Assembly: GCA_031367385.1 (NCBI GenBank)
Contig: JANLPS010000208.1
Span: 2,721 to 66,720, forward strand
Direction: 5' to 3'
Length of the DNA: 64,000 nt
From: Archangium sp.
GTDB taxonomy: Bacteria > Myxococcota > Myxococcia > Myxococcales > Myxococcaceae
A program made the translations under genes and the position numbers. Position 1 is the stretch's first letter. Every line of letters begins with the position of its first letter. Shown in pieces: positions 33,027 to 42,685 of the stretch. The notes beneath the pieces were generated by a model. The model was not told the DNA's origin and ran no database searches. It saw only the letters and a program-made list of their open reading frames with translations.

Positions 33027-34031
33027 CTACGCCGCCTGAGCGACCGAAATCACCCGCTCGAGGTCTCGCCGGCTGACGTCGAGGTGCGTCACCAACCGCA
33101 TCGTCGAGCTGTAGGCGCCATTGACCAGAATGCCGTTCGCTTCGAAGGCCTTGCCCAGCCGCTGCTGCAGCGCCGGGGCAACGGTCACCCACACGATGTT
33201 GGTGTCAGGCAGCTCGAGCATCAACCCTTCACGCTCGCGCAGCGCCGTCGCCAAATACGTCGCGTTGTCATGGTCTTCGGCCAACCGCTCGACGTGGTGC
33301 TCGAGCGCGTAGAGGCCCGCGGCGGCGAGAATGCCGGCCTGGCGCAAACCACCGCCGAGCATCTTGCGCCAGCGGTGCGCGGCCACCAGCAACGCGCGCG
33401 ACCCGACCAGCACCGAGCCCACCGGAGCCCCCAGGCCCTTCGACAGGCACACGCTCACCGAATCGAACGGCTTGGCGAGCGTCGCAACGGGCATGCGTGA
33501 TTTCACCGAGGCATTGAACAGCCGGGCGCCATCGAGGTGCGTGCGCAGACCACGCGCGCGAGCCAAGGCCACCGCGGCGTCGACGTAGGCGGGCGGCAAG
33601 ACGTTGCCACCAAAGGTGTTCTCGAGCGTCAAGAGCTGCGTGCGCGCGAAGTGATCATCAGGAGGCTTGATCGCGGCCTCGATCTTCGAGAGCGCGATGG
33701 TGCCGTCAGGCTCATTCTCGAGGGGCTGCGGTTGAATGCTGCCGAGCACCGCCGCGCCGCCGCCTTCATACTTGTAGGTATGCGCGCCTTGCCCGACCAG
33801 GTACTCGTCACCGCGCTGACAATGCGACATCAGCGCCGCCAGGTTGCACTGCGTACCGCTGGGAAAAAAGAGGCCGGCCTCGAACCCGAGCCGCTCGGCC
33901 ACCACCGCCTGGAGCCGATTCACCGTCGGGTCATCGCCGTAGACGTCATCGCCGACCTCGGCCGCCGCCATCGCCGCGCGCATGCCAGCGGTGGGGCGCG
34001 TGACGGTGTCGCTGCGCAGGTCGATGGTCAT
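33027..34031 (-). CDS. ltaE: Low-specificity L-threonine aldolase
   Basis: N-terminus MTIDLRSDTVTRPTAGMRAAMAAAEVGDDVYGDDPTVNRLQ and PLP-Lys region VSVCLSKGLGAPVGS. Confidence 0.9.
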   Translation of the reverse strand: MTIDLRSDTVTRPTAGMRAAMAAAEVGDDVYGDDPTVNRLQAVVAERLGFEAGLFFPSGTQCNLAALMSHCQRGDEYLVGQGAHTYKYEGGGAAVLGSIQPQPLENEPDGTIALSKIEAAIKPPDDHFARTQLLTLENTFGGNVLPPAYVDAAVALARARGLRTHLDGARLFNASVKSRMPVATLAKPFDSVSVCLSKGLGAPVGSVLVGSRALLVAAHRWRKMLGGGLRQAGILAAAGLYALEHHVERLAEDHDNATYLATALREREGLMLELPDTNIVWVTVAPALQQRLGKAFEANGILVNGAYSSTMRLVTHLDVSRRDLERVISVAQAA

Positions 34032-35383
34032 GCCGGCACCGCGCTGACCACCATCTGCACTCCGCCTTTGGGGCGAATGGTGATCATCGGCTCGGGCTCG
34101 ATGGTCTGGCCTGGCACCAGCGCGAAGCTTACCTTGGGCAACATCGTCGCCAGCACCAGCGCCGCTTCGAGCACAGCGAACGAATCACCGATGCACTTGC
34201 GAGCCCCGATGCTGAAGGGCAGGTAGGCACCGCGCGGCAAGCGCTCTTCATCGAGCCAGCGGTCAGGGTCGAAGCCCTCGGGGTTCTCGAACACCTCGGG
34301 GAGTCGGTGCAGCACGTACGGGCTGAACATCACCACCGATCGCGTGGCGAAGTTCCACCCGTCGACGACGAGGTCTTCGGTCACCCGGCGCCCCAGAATC
34401 CACGCGGGGGGGTAGAGCCGGAGCACCTCTTTGATGACCCGGCCCAGGTACGGCAGCTTCGGTACGTCATCGGTGGTGACCTCCCGGGTGCCCAGCACGG
34501 CGGTCAGCTCGGCGCGCAGCTTGCGCTCGATGCCAGGGTGCTTCGAGAGCAGGTACAACGTCCACCCGAGGAGCACAGCGGTGGTCTCGTGCCCGGCCAA
34601 GAAAATCGTCATCACCTCGTCGCGAAGCTGCTCGTCGTTCATTCGCTCGTTGGTGTCGAGGTCGACGGCGTTCATCAGCATCGAGAGCAGGTCGTCTTTC
34701 GCGCCGCCTTCTCCGCGCCGCCGCTCTGAGATGATGCCGAAGACGATGTCGTTGAGCGCTTTGCCCGCCGCAGCGAACTCCCGGTTGTGCTTGGTCGGCA
34801 CCCAGGTGGGCAGCGCAAAGGGGTGCGTGAGCATGTGCTGCATCACCTCGAGGCCATGGGTCAGCGCATGGGTGACGGTGTCGCTCTCGCTGGTGACGTC
34901 GGCCGAGAGCAGCGTCTGCCCGACGATGCGCATGGTGAGCTTCATCATCGTCTTCAGCGCGTCGAACTTTTCGCCGGTGGTGATTTTCGACTGCAGCCCG
35001 GCCACCATCTCGCGGGTGGCCCGAACCATCACCTCGCCCCACCCCTGCAAACGCTCTCGGTGAAACGCCGGTTGGGCCAGGCGGCGTTGCCGCAGCCAGA
35101 ACGAGCCCTCGCTGGTGAGCAGGCCTCGCCCAAGCACCCGTCGCAGCTGGTCGTACCCGCGGGTCTCTTTGCTGAACTTCGCCGCCTGCGTGACGAGCAC
35201 TTGCTCGATGATCTTCGGGCTCGCGACCGCATGCACCTTTGCGTACGGCAGCCGCAGGTTGACCACCTCGCCCAGCTCGAACCGCGCGCGCATGAAGACA
35301 GTGAGCGGGTTGACCTGCATCTCGGGCAACGCGCCGAGCGGGTGATGACCAGGCCACCGAATCGGTTCTCGTCCATTGAGCAT
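34028..35383 (-). CDS. Cytochrome P450
   Basis: I-helix FLAGHETT, ExxR motif EVLRLYPP, and heme loop FSIGARKCIGDSFA. ATGA overlap with ltaE. Confidence 0.9.
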   Translation of the reverse strand: MLNGREPIRWPGHHPLGALPEMQVNPLTVFMRARFELGEVVNLRLPYAKVHAVASPKIIEQVLVTQAAKFSKETRGYDQLRRVLGRGLLTSEGSFWLRQRRLAQPAFHRERLQGWGEVMVRATREMVAGLQSKITTGEKFDALKTMMKLTMRIVGQTLLSADVTSESDTVTHALTHGLEVMQHMLTHPFALPTWVPTKHNREFAAAGKALNDIVFGIISERRRGEGGAKDDLLSMLMNAVDLDTNERMNDEQLRDEVMTIFLAGHETTAVLLGWTLYLLSKHPGIERKLRAELTAVLGTREVTTDDVPKLPYLGRVIKEVLRLYPPAWILGRRVTEDLVVDGWNFATRSVVMFSPYVLHRLPEVFENPEGFDPDRWLDEERLPRGAYLPFSIGARKCIGDSFAVLEAALVLATMLPKVSFALVPGQTIEPEPMITIRPKGGVQMVVSAVPA

Positions 35384-35395
35384 CGCGGCGATGAC

Positions 35396-35860
35396 CTACT
35401 CCCAATGCCGGTGGCCGCCCAGGGCCCGTTGCACCACGTCACCCAGTTGGTGCGCGAGGGGCGAGGGCAGGGCTGTTGGGTCGAAGAAGCGCACCTCGAG
35501 CACCTCGAGCGGGTTCATCGGGGCCTTCACCGGAGCGCTCACCTTCGCGTCGACGATGATGGTCACCGCGTGAAAGCGCAGGTCGCGCGCGGGGTCTGAA
35601 TAGACGCCCAGCACCTCGCCGGCCTCGAGCAGGGTGACGCCGGCCTCCTCGAGCAGCTCGCGCGCCAGGGTCGAGCGCAGCGTCTCGCCCCACTCCAGCG
35701 TGCCCCCCGGGGGCGCCCACTCACCGGTGTCGCCACGGCGAATCAGCAGCACCCGACCCGCCTCGTCTCGCGCCAGGGCCACCAACCCGACGACCGGGCG
35801 TCGCAGCACGTGCCGCGCGACTTCTTTGACCAAGCCCCACACCGCTGAGGGAATTCGCAT
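35396..35860 (-). CDS. NUDIX hydrolase
   Basis: Nudix box GGTLEWGETLRSTLARELLEEAGV. Confidence 0.85.
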   Translation of the reverse strand: MRIPSAVWGLVKEVARHVLRRPVVGLVALARDEAGRVLLIRRGDTGEWAPPGGTLEWGETLRSTLARELLEEAGVTLLEAGEVLGVYSDPARDLRFHAVTIIVDAKVSAPVKAPMNPLEVLEVRFFDPTALPSPLAHQLGDVVQRALGGHRHWE

Positions 35861-35871
35861 CTGGGCGCCTC

Positions 35872-36462
35872 CTACCTCAGCTGAGGCGCCCAGGGCCGGC
35901 CGGTTTCACAGTCGTAGTGCCGCAGCGAGAGCTGCCCGTCAGAGAGCTCAATGGCTCCATACAGAATCGGCAGGTGAAATCGCCGCGGGCCGACCGAGCC
36001 GGGGTTGAACACAGTGAGGCCTTGATCTTGCCCGATGAAGGGCACGTGCGAGTGCCCGCACACCACCAGGCGCGCCCCGTTCACTTTTGCTAACTTCACC
36101 ACGTCGCTGCGCAAGCGGGTGCCGGCGATGGCGATGTGCGTGAGCAGCAGCCGGGTCGCGGCGCCCTCGGTGTCGAGCAAGTCGATGATCAACACATCGG
36201 GCATCTCGGCCATGCGCTCATCGATGTTGCCCCGCACCGCGTAGACCGGAGCGATGTCTCGAAGGGCGTTCAACACCTCGAGATCTCCGATGTCACCGCC
36301 ATGGAGAATCGCCTCGGGCGCGAGCGCTTTGAGCTGCTTCAACGCATCGGGGTGCATTCGCGAATGGGTGTCGGCGACCACGGCCACACAGGTCGGCTCG
36401 GGCCGCGCGAGCTGCAAGGTCAGGCACTGCTGCGTGACCTTGGCGGTCGAGGCGCGCTTCAT
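35872..36462 (-). CDS. YfcE/MJ0936-type metallophosphoesterase
   Basis: Motifs VAVVADTHS, HGGDIGD, RGNID and CGHSHVPF. Start taken at the Met of MKRAST (36462) rather than 36504, to leave room for the divergent promoter. Confidence 0.8.
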   Translation of the reverse strand: MKRASTAKVTQQCLTLQLARPEPTCVAVVADTHSRMHPDALKQLKALAPEAILHGGDIGDLEVLNALRDIAPVYAVRGNIDERMAEMPDVLIIDLLDTEGAATRLLLTHIAIAGTRLRSDVVKLAKVNGARLVVCGHSHVPFIGQDQGLTVFNPGSVGPRRFHLPILYGAIELSDGQLSLRHYDCETGRPWAPQLR

Positions 36463-36512
36463 GAACGAGTCAGTTATTCGAGCTTCACAGTGGGTTACAA
36501 GCACTGACGGTG

Positions 36513-37328
36513 ATGCGACTCGGCGGGTATGTCATTCATGGCAATGCCGCCGGTACGTTGGGCAGGGCGCTCGAGAGCGTGCTGGCGGTCGCTGACGAGG
36601 TGGTCGCGGTCGATTCGGGTTCGACTGACGGCTCAGCGGCCCTGGTGGCTGCGGCTGGCGTGCGGGCCATTTCACACCCGTGGCAGGGGTTCGGTTCTGC
36701 GCGCGCCGCCGCAGTGGCTGCGTTGACTTCGTGCGATTGGCTCGTGCACCTTGACTCCGATGAGTGGCTCGAGCCCGCGGCCATCGATGCGCTCAAGGCG
36801 TTCAAGACATCGAGCCCCACACACGACGCGTACCGGCTCGGCATTCATGACTGGGCCGAGCTGCCCGGGCACCGGTTTCTCTTTCGCCGCTTGTGGAACA
36901 TACGGCTGATGCGGCGCGAGGCGGCGCGGTGGCTGCCCTCGATGATCGTTCATGAGTCGATTGGCCGGCCAGAGGCGCCGCGGTTCGGGGCCGTCATCGA
37001 GCACCAGTACGCGCAGTCACTCGAGCGGCGCCGTGAGAAAGAAGACCGCTATGCCCTGTTGTGGGCGCTGCAGGCGTCGGTGATTGGCAAGCGCCAGAAG
37101 CCCGCATGGCTCGAGCAGGCCGCGCATGTCATTCGCAACGCGGTCGTCAAGGGCGCCTGGTTTCGCGGAGGCCTCGATGGGCTGCGGCTCGCGGTCAACG
37201 CGGCCAGGTACCACGCGCGAAAGTATGAGTACCTCGCGCAGGTGAATGCGGGCCGGCATGACCAGGCGTTGAAGGCCCTTCGCGACGCTCGGTACCCCGA
37301 GCTGTTTCGGCTCGTCGGCGGGCTGTAG
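36513..37328 (+). CDS. Family 2 glycosyltransferase
   Basis: N-terminal GT2 pattern VIHGNAAGTLGRALESVLAVADEVVAVDSGSTDGS and HLDSDEW (DxD-like). Confidence 0.8.
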   Translation: MRLGGYVIHGNAAGTLGRALESVLAVADEVVAVDSGSTDGSAALVAAAGVRAISHPWQGFGSARAAAVAALTSCDWLVHLDSDEWLEPAAIDALKAFKTSSPTHDAYRLGIHDWAELPGHRFLFRRLWNIRLMRREAARWLPSMIVHESIGRPEAPRFGAVIEHQYAQSLERRREKEDRYALLWALQASVIGKRQKPAWLEQAAHVIRNAVVKGAWFRGGLDGLRLAVNAARYHARKYEYLAQVNAGRHDQALKALRDARYPELFRLVGGL

Positions 37329-37373
37329 CAGGGCGCTGGGCCCGAGCTTCTCGCCGCGCGGGCAACCTTCACT

Positions 37374-37411
37374 TGAACCTCAGGGTTCAGAAATCTGAAC
37401 CTCGAGGTTCA
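37374..37411. promoter_or_regulatory. Two adjacent palindromic operator-like sites, TGAACC-N4-GGTTCA
   Basis: Read directly. TGAACCTCAGGGTTCA is at 37374-37389, and TGAACCTCGAGGTTCA (a perfect 16-bp palindrome) is at 37396-37411. The centres are 22 bp apart. The sites lie 78-116 nt upstream of the S8 peptidase ATG. Confidence 0.5.
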
Positions 37412-37489
37412 GACGCGCTGAGTCACCCCGACGCCTTGTTTCTGCGACCGCCTCCCTGGTACACCGCCCGTCCCTTTTGCGGAGCGCAC

Positions 37490-40400
37490 ATGCAACGACA
37501 TCGCCTTACCCTCTGGGCTGGAGTGCTGCTTCTCGCTGCGTGCGGTGTCACTGGAGGCGGGGAGCAATCGCTCCCAGTCGACGATGCGAGCGATGTGCAG
37601 CTCTCGCTGAACCAGGCAGAGCTCATCGCGATACCCGACAGCGATGTGACCCTGGCGGTGTGGCAATCGCAGAACGCGTTCGCCCTCAAGCGCGGCAACC
37701 AGGGCTTCGGCTCGGCCAAGAAGACCAGCTACGAGCTGCTCTTTGCCGACTCGTCGCACGACCCGGCCGCGCAGCGCGTGACGGGCGAGGCCTCGCTCTA
37801 CCTGGTGCAATTCTACGGCGTCGCTTTGCCCGAGATGCGCGATGCGCTGACCAAGTTCGGTGGCGAGTCGGTCGCGCCCTTCCCTCTGCACGCGTACGTG
37901 ATGCGGCTCTCGGCCCAGGCGCTCGAGGTCGCGCGGTCGTCGCGGTTCGTGCGCGCGGTCGAGCCGTTCGCCGCCAGCCATCGCTTCTCGTTGGCTCGCG
38001 ACGTGCGCGCCGGTGAGCCCCGCCACTACTTGATTCGCCCCTCGAGCGATCGCCCCGAGGTGCGCGGCGCGCTGGTCACCGAGCTGACCTCGCTTGGAGC
38101 CTCAGTGGTGCTCTCGACCGCCGGGAACTACCTGGTACACGCCTCGATGACTCCGGAGCAGGTCGCCCAGGCCGCAGAGCTCGGTGAAGTGCTGCACATC
38201 GACGCGTGGAGCGCCCCCGAATCAGACATGGACAAGGTGCGCATCATCTCGGGCGCCGACTTCTTGGAGAGCACGATTGGCTTCACTGGCACCGGCGTGC
38301 GCGGCGAGGTGATGGACGGCAACGTCGATGACACCCACCCCGACTTGAAGAACCGCGGCATTCTCTTTCACGGCCCGCGCTCGAGCGACGACCCGTTTCA
38401 CGGCACCGCCACCACCGGCATCGTCTTCGGAGACGGCACCGCCAACCGCAAGGGCCGCGGCTTGTTGCCGACCGGTCAGCCGATCTTCGCGAGCTACAAC
38501 AACCTGGTGCATGACGCCGATGCCGGCACGTACGACCGTCACAGCCACGTCGCCGAGCTCAACCAGGCTCCGTACCAGGCCGTCTTTCAGTCGAACTCGT
38601 GGGGCTCTGGCCTGACGCAGGAGTACACCAACATCTCAGCGGAGATGGACAACACCATCTTCGACCTCGACTTTCTCATCTTCAACTCGATGAGCAACTC
38701 AGGCACCCGCGACGCTCGGCCCGAGGCCTGGGCGAAGAACGTGGTCTCCATCGGCGGCGTGAAGCACTTCGACACGCTCGACACCGCTGACGACAAGTGG
38801 GCGGGCGGCGGCACCATCGGCCCCGCGAAAGACGGCCGGCTCAAGCCTGAGCTCTCTCACTTCTGGGACATGACCTTCGCGCCCACGCCGGGCGGCGGGT
38901 ACACCGAGTTCGGCGGCACCAGCGGCGCCACGCCCATCACCGCCGGGTATGCCGGCTTGTTCTTGCAGATGTGGAGCGCAGGCATGTTCGGCAACCCGAC
39001 TCCGGGCACCACGGTGTTCGAGAACCGGCCGCACTTCACCACCAGCAAAGCGGTGTTGATGAACACGGCGACCCAGTGGGCCTTCAGCGGCGCGACACAC
39101 GACTTGACCCGCGTGCACCAGGGCTTCGGCCGGGTCGACGTGAAGCGGCTGTACGAGCTGCGCAACTCGATGCTGATCATCAACGAGACCGACCTTCTCA
39201 CGCAGGGGCAGGTCAAGCGCTACGAGGTCACGGTGGCCGCGTCGACGCCTGAATTTCGCGCCACCCTCACCTGGGCCGAGCCAGCGGCGGTGCCCTCTGC
39301 TGGCCTGCAGCGCATCAATGACCTGACCCTGAAGGTGACCGCGCCAAACGGCACCGTGTACTTCGGCAACAACGGCCTCGACGCCGCGATGTTCTCAACC
39401 AGCGGCGGCGTGGCGAACACCAAAGACACCGCTGAGAGCGTGTACGTCAACGCACCCGCCGCGGGCACCTGGGTGGTCGAAGTGCGCGGAGATGAAATCG
39501 TGCAAGACAACCACCGCGAGACGACCGCGGTCGACGCCGACTTCGCCCTGGTGGTCTCGGGCATCGTGCGTGACACCACCGGCACGCCGACGGTCACGTT
39601 CACCGCGCCTGCGAATAACTCGACCGTGAGCGGTACCGTGAAGCTCACCGCCTCGACCACCGGCAGCGTGGCCAAAGTTCGCTTCGGGTTGCCCAATGGC
39701 ACCTCGGTCGACGACGCGACGGCCCCGTACGAAGCCAGCTTCGACTCGACCTTGCTCGCCAATGGCGCGGCGCAAGTCACTGCCGTGGCGCAGACGGCCT
39801 CGGGTACCAGCAGCCCCTTGGCGACGCTCGACTTGACGGTGAAGAACACGACGACGAACGCGGCGCCCACCGTGACGTTGGTCGTACCGACGGGCTCCGT
39901 GCGTGGCACGGTGAGCTTGACCGCGACCGCCGCAGACAGCGACGGCACCGTGGCGAAGGTGCGCTTCACCCTTCCGGGCGGAGCGACGGTCGATGACACC
40001 ACAGCTCCGTACTCGGTGAGCTTCGATACCAGCACGGTCGCCGCGGGCACTTACACCGTCAAAGCCGTCGCGACCGACAACCTCGGGCTCGACAGCGCGG
40101 CCAGCACCCAGACCCTGACGGTCGCGGCCTCGACCAGCTGTGCGAATGGCACGGTTGCGGCGACGGGGTTGCCGCTGGCGATCGCCGATGCTCCGGGCGC
40201 GGGGCTCTCGGTGCCCTTCGTCGTGAGCGGCGATGGCAAGGTCACCACGGTCTCAATCTCGCTCAACATCAAGCACACGTACCGCGGTGACTTGCTGGTT
40301 CAGCTGGTGAGCCCCACCGGCGTCGCCAAAGACATTTCACGGCGCGCGGGTGGCTCAGCCGATGACCTGATCATCTCGAAGAAGGCCATCGCCGGCTTCG

Positions 40401-40513
40401 CCGGGGCTGCAGCGGCCGGCACGTGGAAGCTCACCGTCGCCGACTTGGCCAAGGCCGATGTGGGCACCTTGAACAGCGCGTCGATTCAAGTTCAAACCGA
40501 CTGCACGCCGTAA
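37490..40513 (+). CDS. S8 (subtilisin/kexin-like) serine peptidase lipoprotein with tandem Ig-like domains and a C-terminal proprotein-convertase P-domain
   Basis: ATG 37490 with lipobox LLLAAC. Catalytic triad regions VMDGNVDDTHPDL, HGTATTGIVFG and GGTSGATPITAG. Two repeats of about 80 aa (SGTVKLTA...VAKVRF...DDxTAPY..SFD). P-domain pattern ISLNIKHTYRGDLLVQLVSPTG...GTWKLTVADLAKADVGTLNSASIQ. Confidence 0.9.
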   Translation: MQRHRLTLWAGVLLLAACGVTGGGEQSLPVDDASDVQLSLNQAELIAIPDSDVTLAVWQSQNAFALKRGNQGFGSAKKTSYELLFADSSHDPAAQRVTGEASLYLVQFYGVALPEMRDALTKFGGESVAPFPLHAYVMRLSAQALEVARSSRFVRAVEPFAASHRFSLARDVRAGEPRHYLIRPSSDRPEVRGALVTELTSLGASVVLSTAGNYLVHASMTPEQVAQAAELGEVLHIDAWSAPESDMDKVRIISGADFLESTIGFTGTGVRGEVMDGNVDDTHPDLKNRGILFHGPRSSDDPFHGTATTGIVFGDGTANRKGRGLLPTGQPIFASYNNLVHDADAGTYDRHSHVAELNQAPYQAVFQSNSWGSGLTQEYTNISAEMDNTIFDLDFLIFNSMSNSGTRDARPEAWAKNVVSIGGVKHFDTLDTADDKWAGGGTIGPAKDGRLKPELSHFWDMTFAPTPGGGYTEFGGTSGATPITAGYAGLFLQMWSAGMFGNPTPGTTVFENRPHFTTSKAVLMNTATQWAFSGATHDLTRVHQGFGRVDVKRLYELRNSMLIINETDLLTQGQVKRYEVTVAASTPEFRATLTWAEPAAVPSAGLQRINDLTLKVTAPNGTVYFGNNGLDAAMFSTSGGVANTKDTAESVYVNAPAAGTWVVEVRGDEIVQDNHRETTAVDADFALVVSGIVRDTTGTPTVTFTAPANNSTVSGTVKLTASTTGSVAKVRFGLPNGTSVDDATAPYEASFDSTLLANGAAQVTAVAQTASGTSSPLATLDLTVKNTTTNAAPTVTLVVPTGSVRGTVSLTATAADSDGTVAKVRFTLPGGATVDDTTAPYSVSFDTSTVAAGTYTVKAVATDNLGLDSAASTQTLTVAASTSCANGTVAATGLPLAIADAPGAGLSVPFVVSGDGKVTTVSISLNIKHTYRGDLLVQLVSPTGVAKDISRRAGGSADDLIISKKAIAGFAGAAAAGTWKLTVADLAKADVGTLNSASIQVQTDCTP

Positions 40514-40560
40514 GCCCCGTTCGTCCTGAGGGACTCGAAGGACCCTGATCACTTCGCTGA

Positions 40561-40621
40561 TGGGTTCGTGGTTCGTGGTTCGTGGTTCGTGGTTCGTGGT
40601 TCGACAGGCTCACCATGAGAG
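40561..40621. repeat. Inverted copy of the heptamer-repeat element (TGGTTCG units followed by ACAGGCTCACCATGAGAG)
   Basis: Read directly. One imperfect unit and five perfect 7-nt units at 40561-40603, then a flank at 40604-40621 that is the reverse complement of 3031-3048 with one mismatch. It lies between the convergent S8 peptidase and ABC-F genes. Confidence 0.9.
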
Positions 40622-40676
40622 TGGTGCTGCCCTCATCACGGGGCGGCCTGCTGATTCGCGGCGGGCCGTTGCCTTG

Positions 40677-42611
<1,935 letters not shown>

Positions 42612-42685
42612 GCTGGAGCCTCTACCTCAGGGCGCCCGCGATGTTGGTTATTTAAAGCCCAAGCCGCGCGGTACAGTCGGGCGGC

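Noticed and set aside
37373-37489. ORF start at 37373 for the S8 peptidase
   Set aside because: This extension runs through the paired palindromes and has no signal peptide. The lipoprotein signal begins at ATG 37490.
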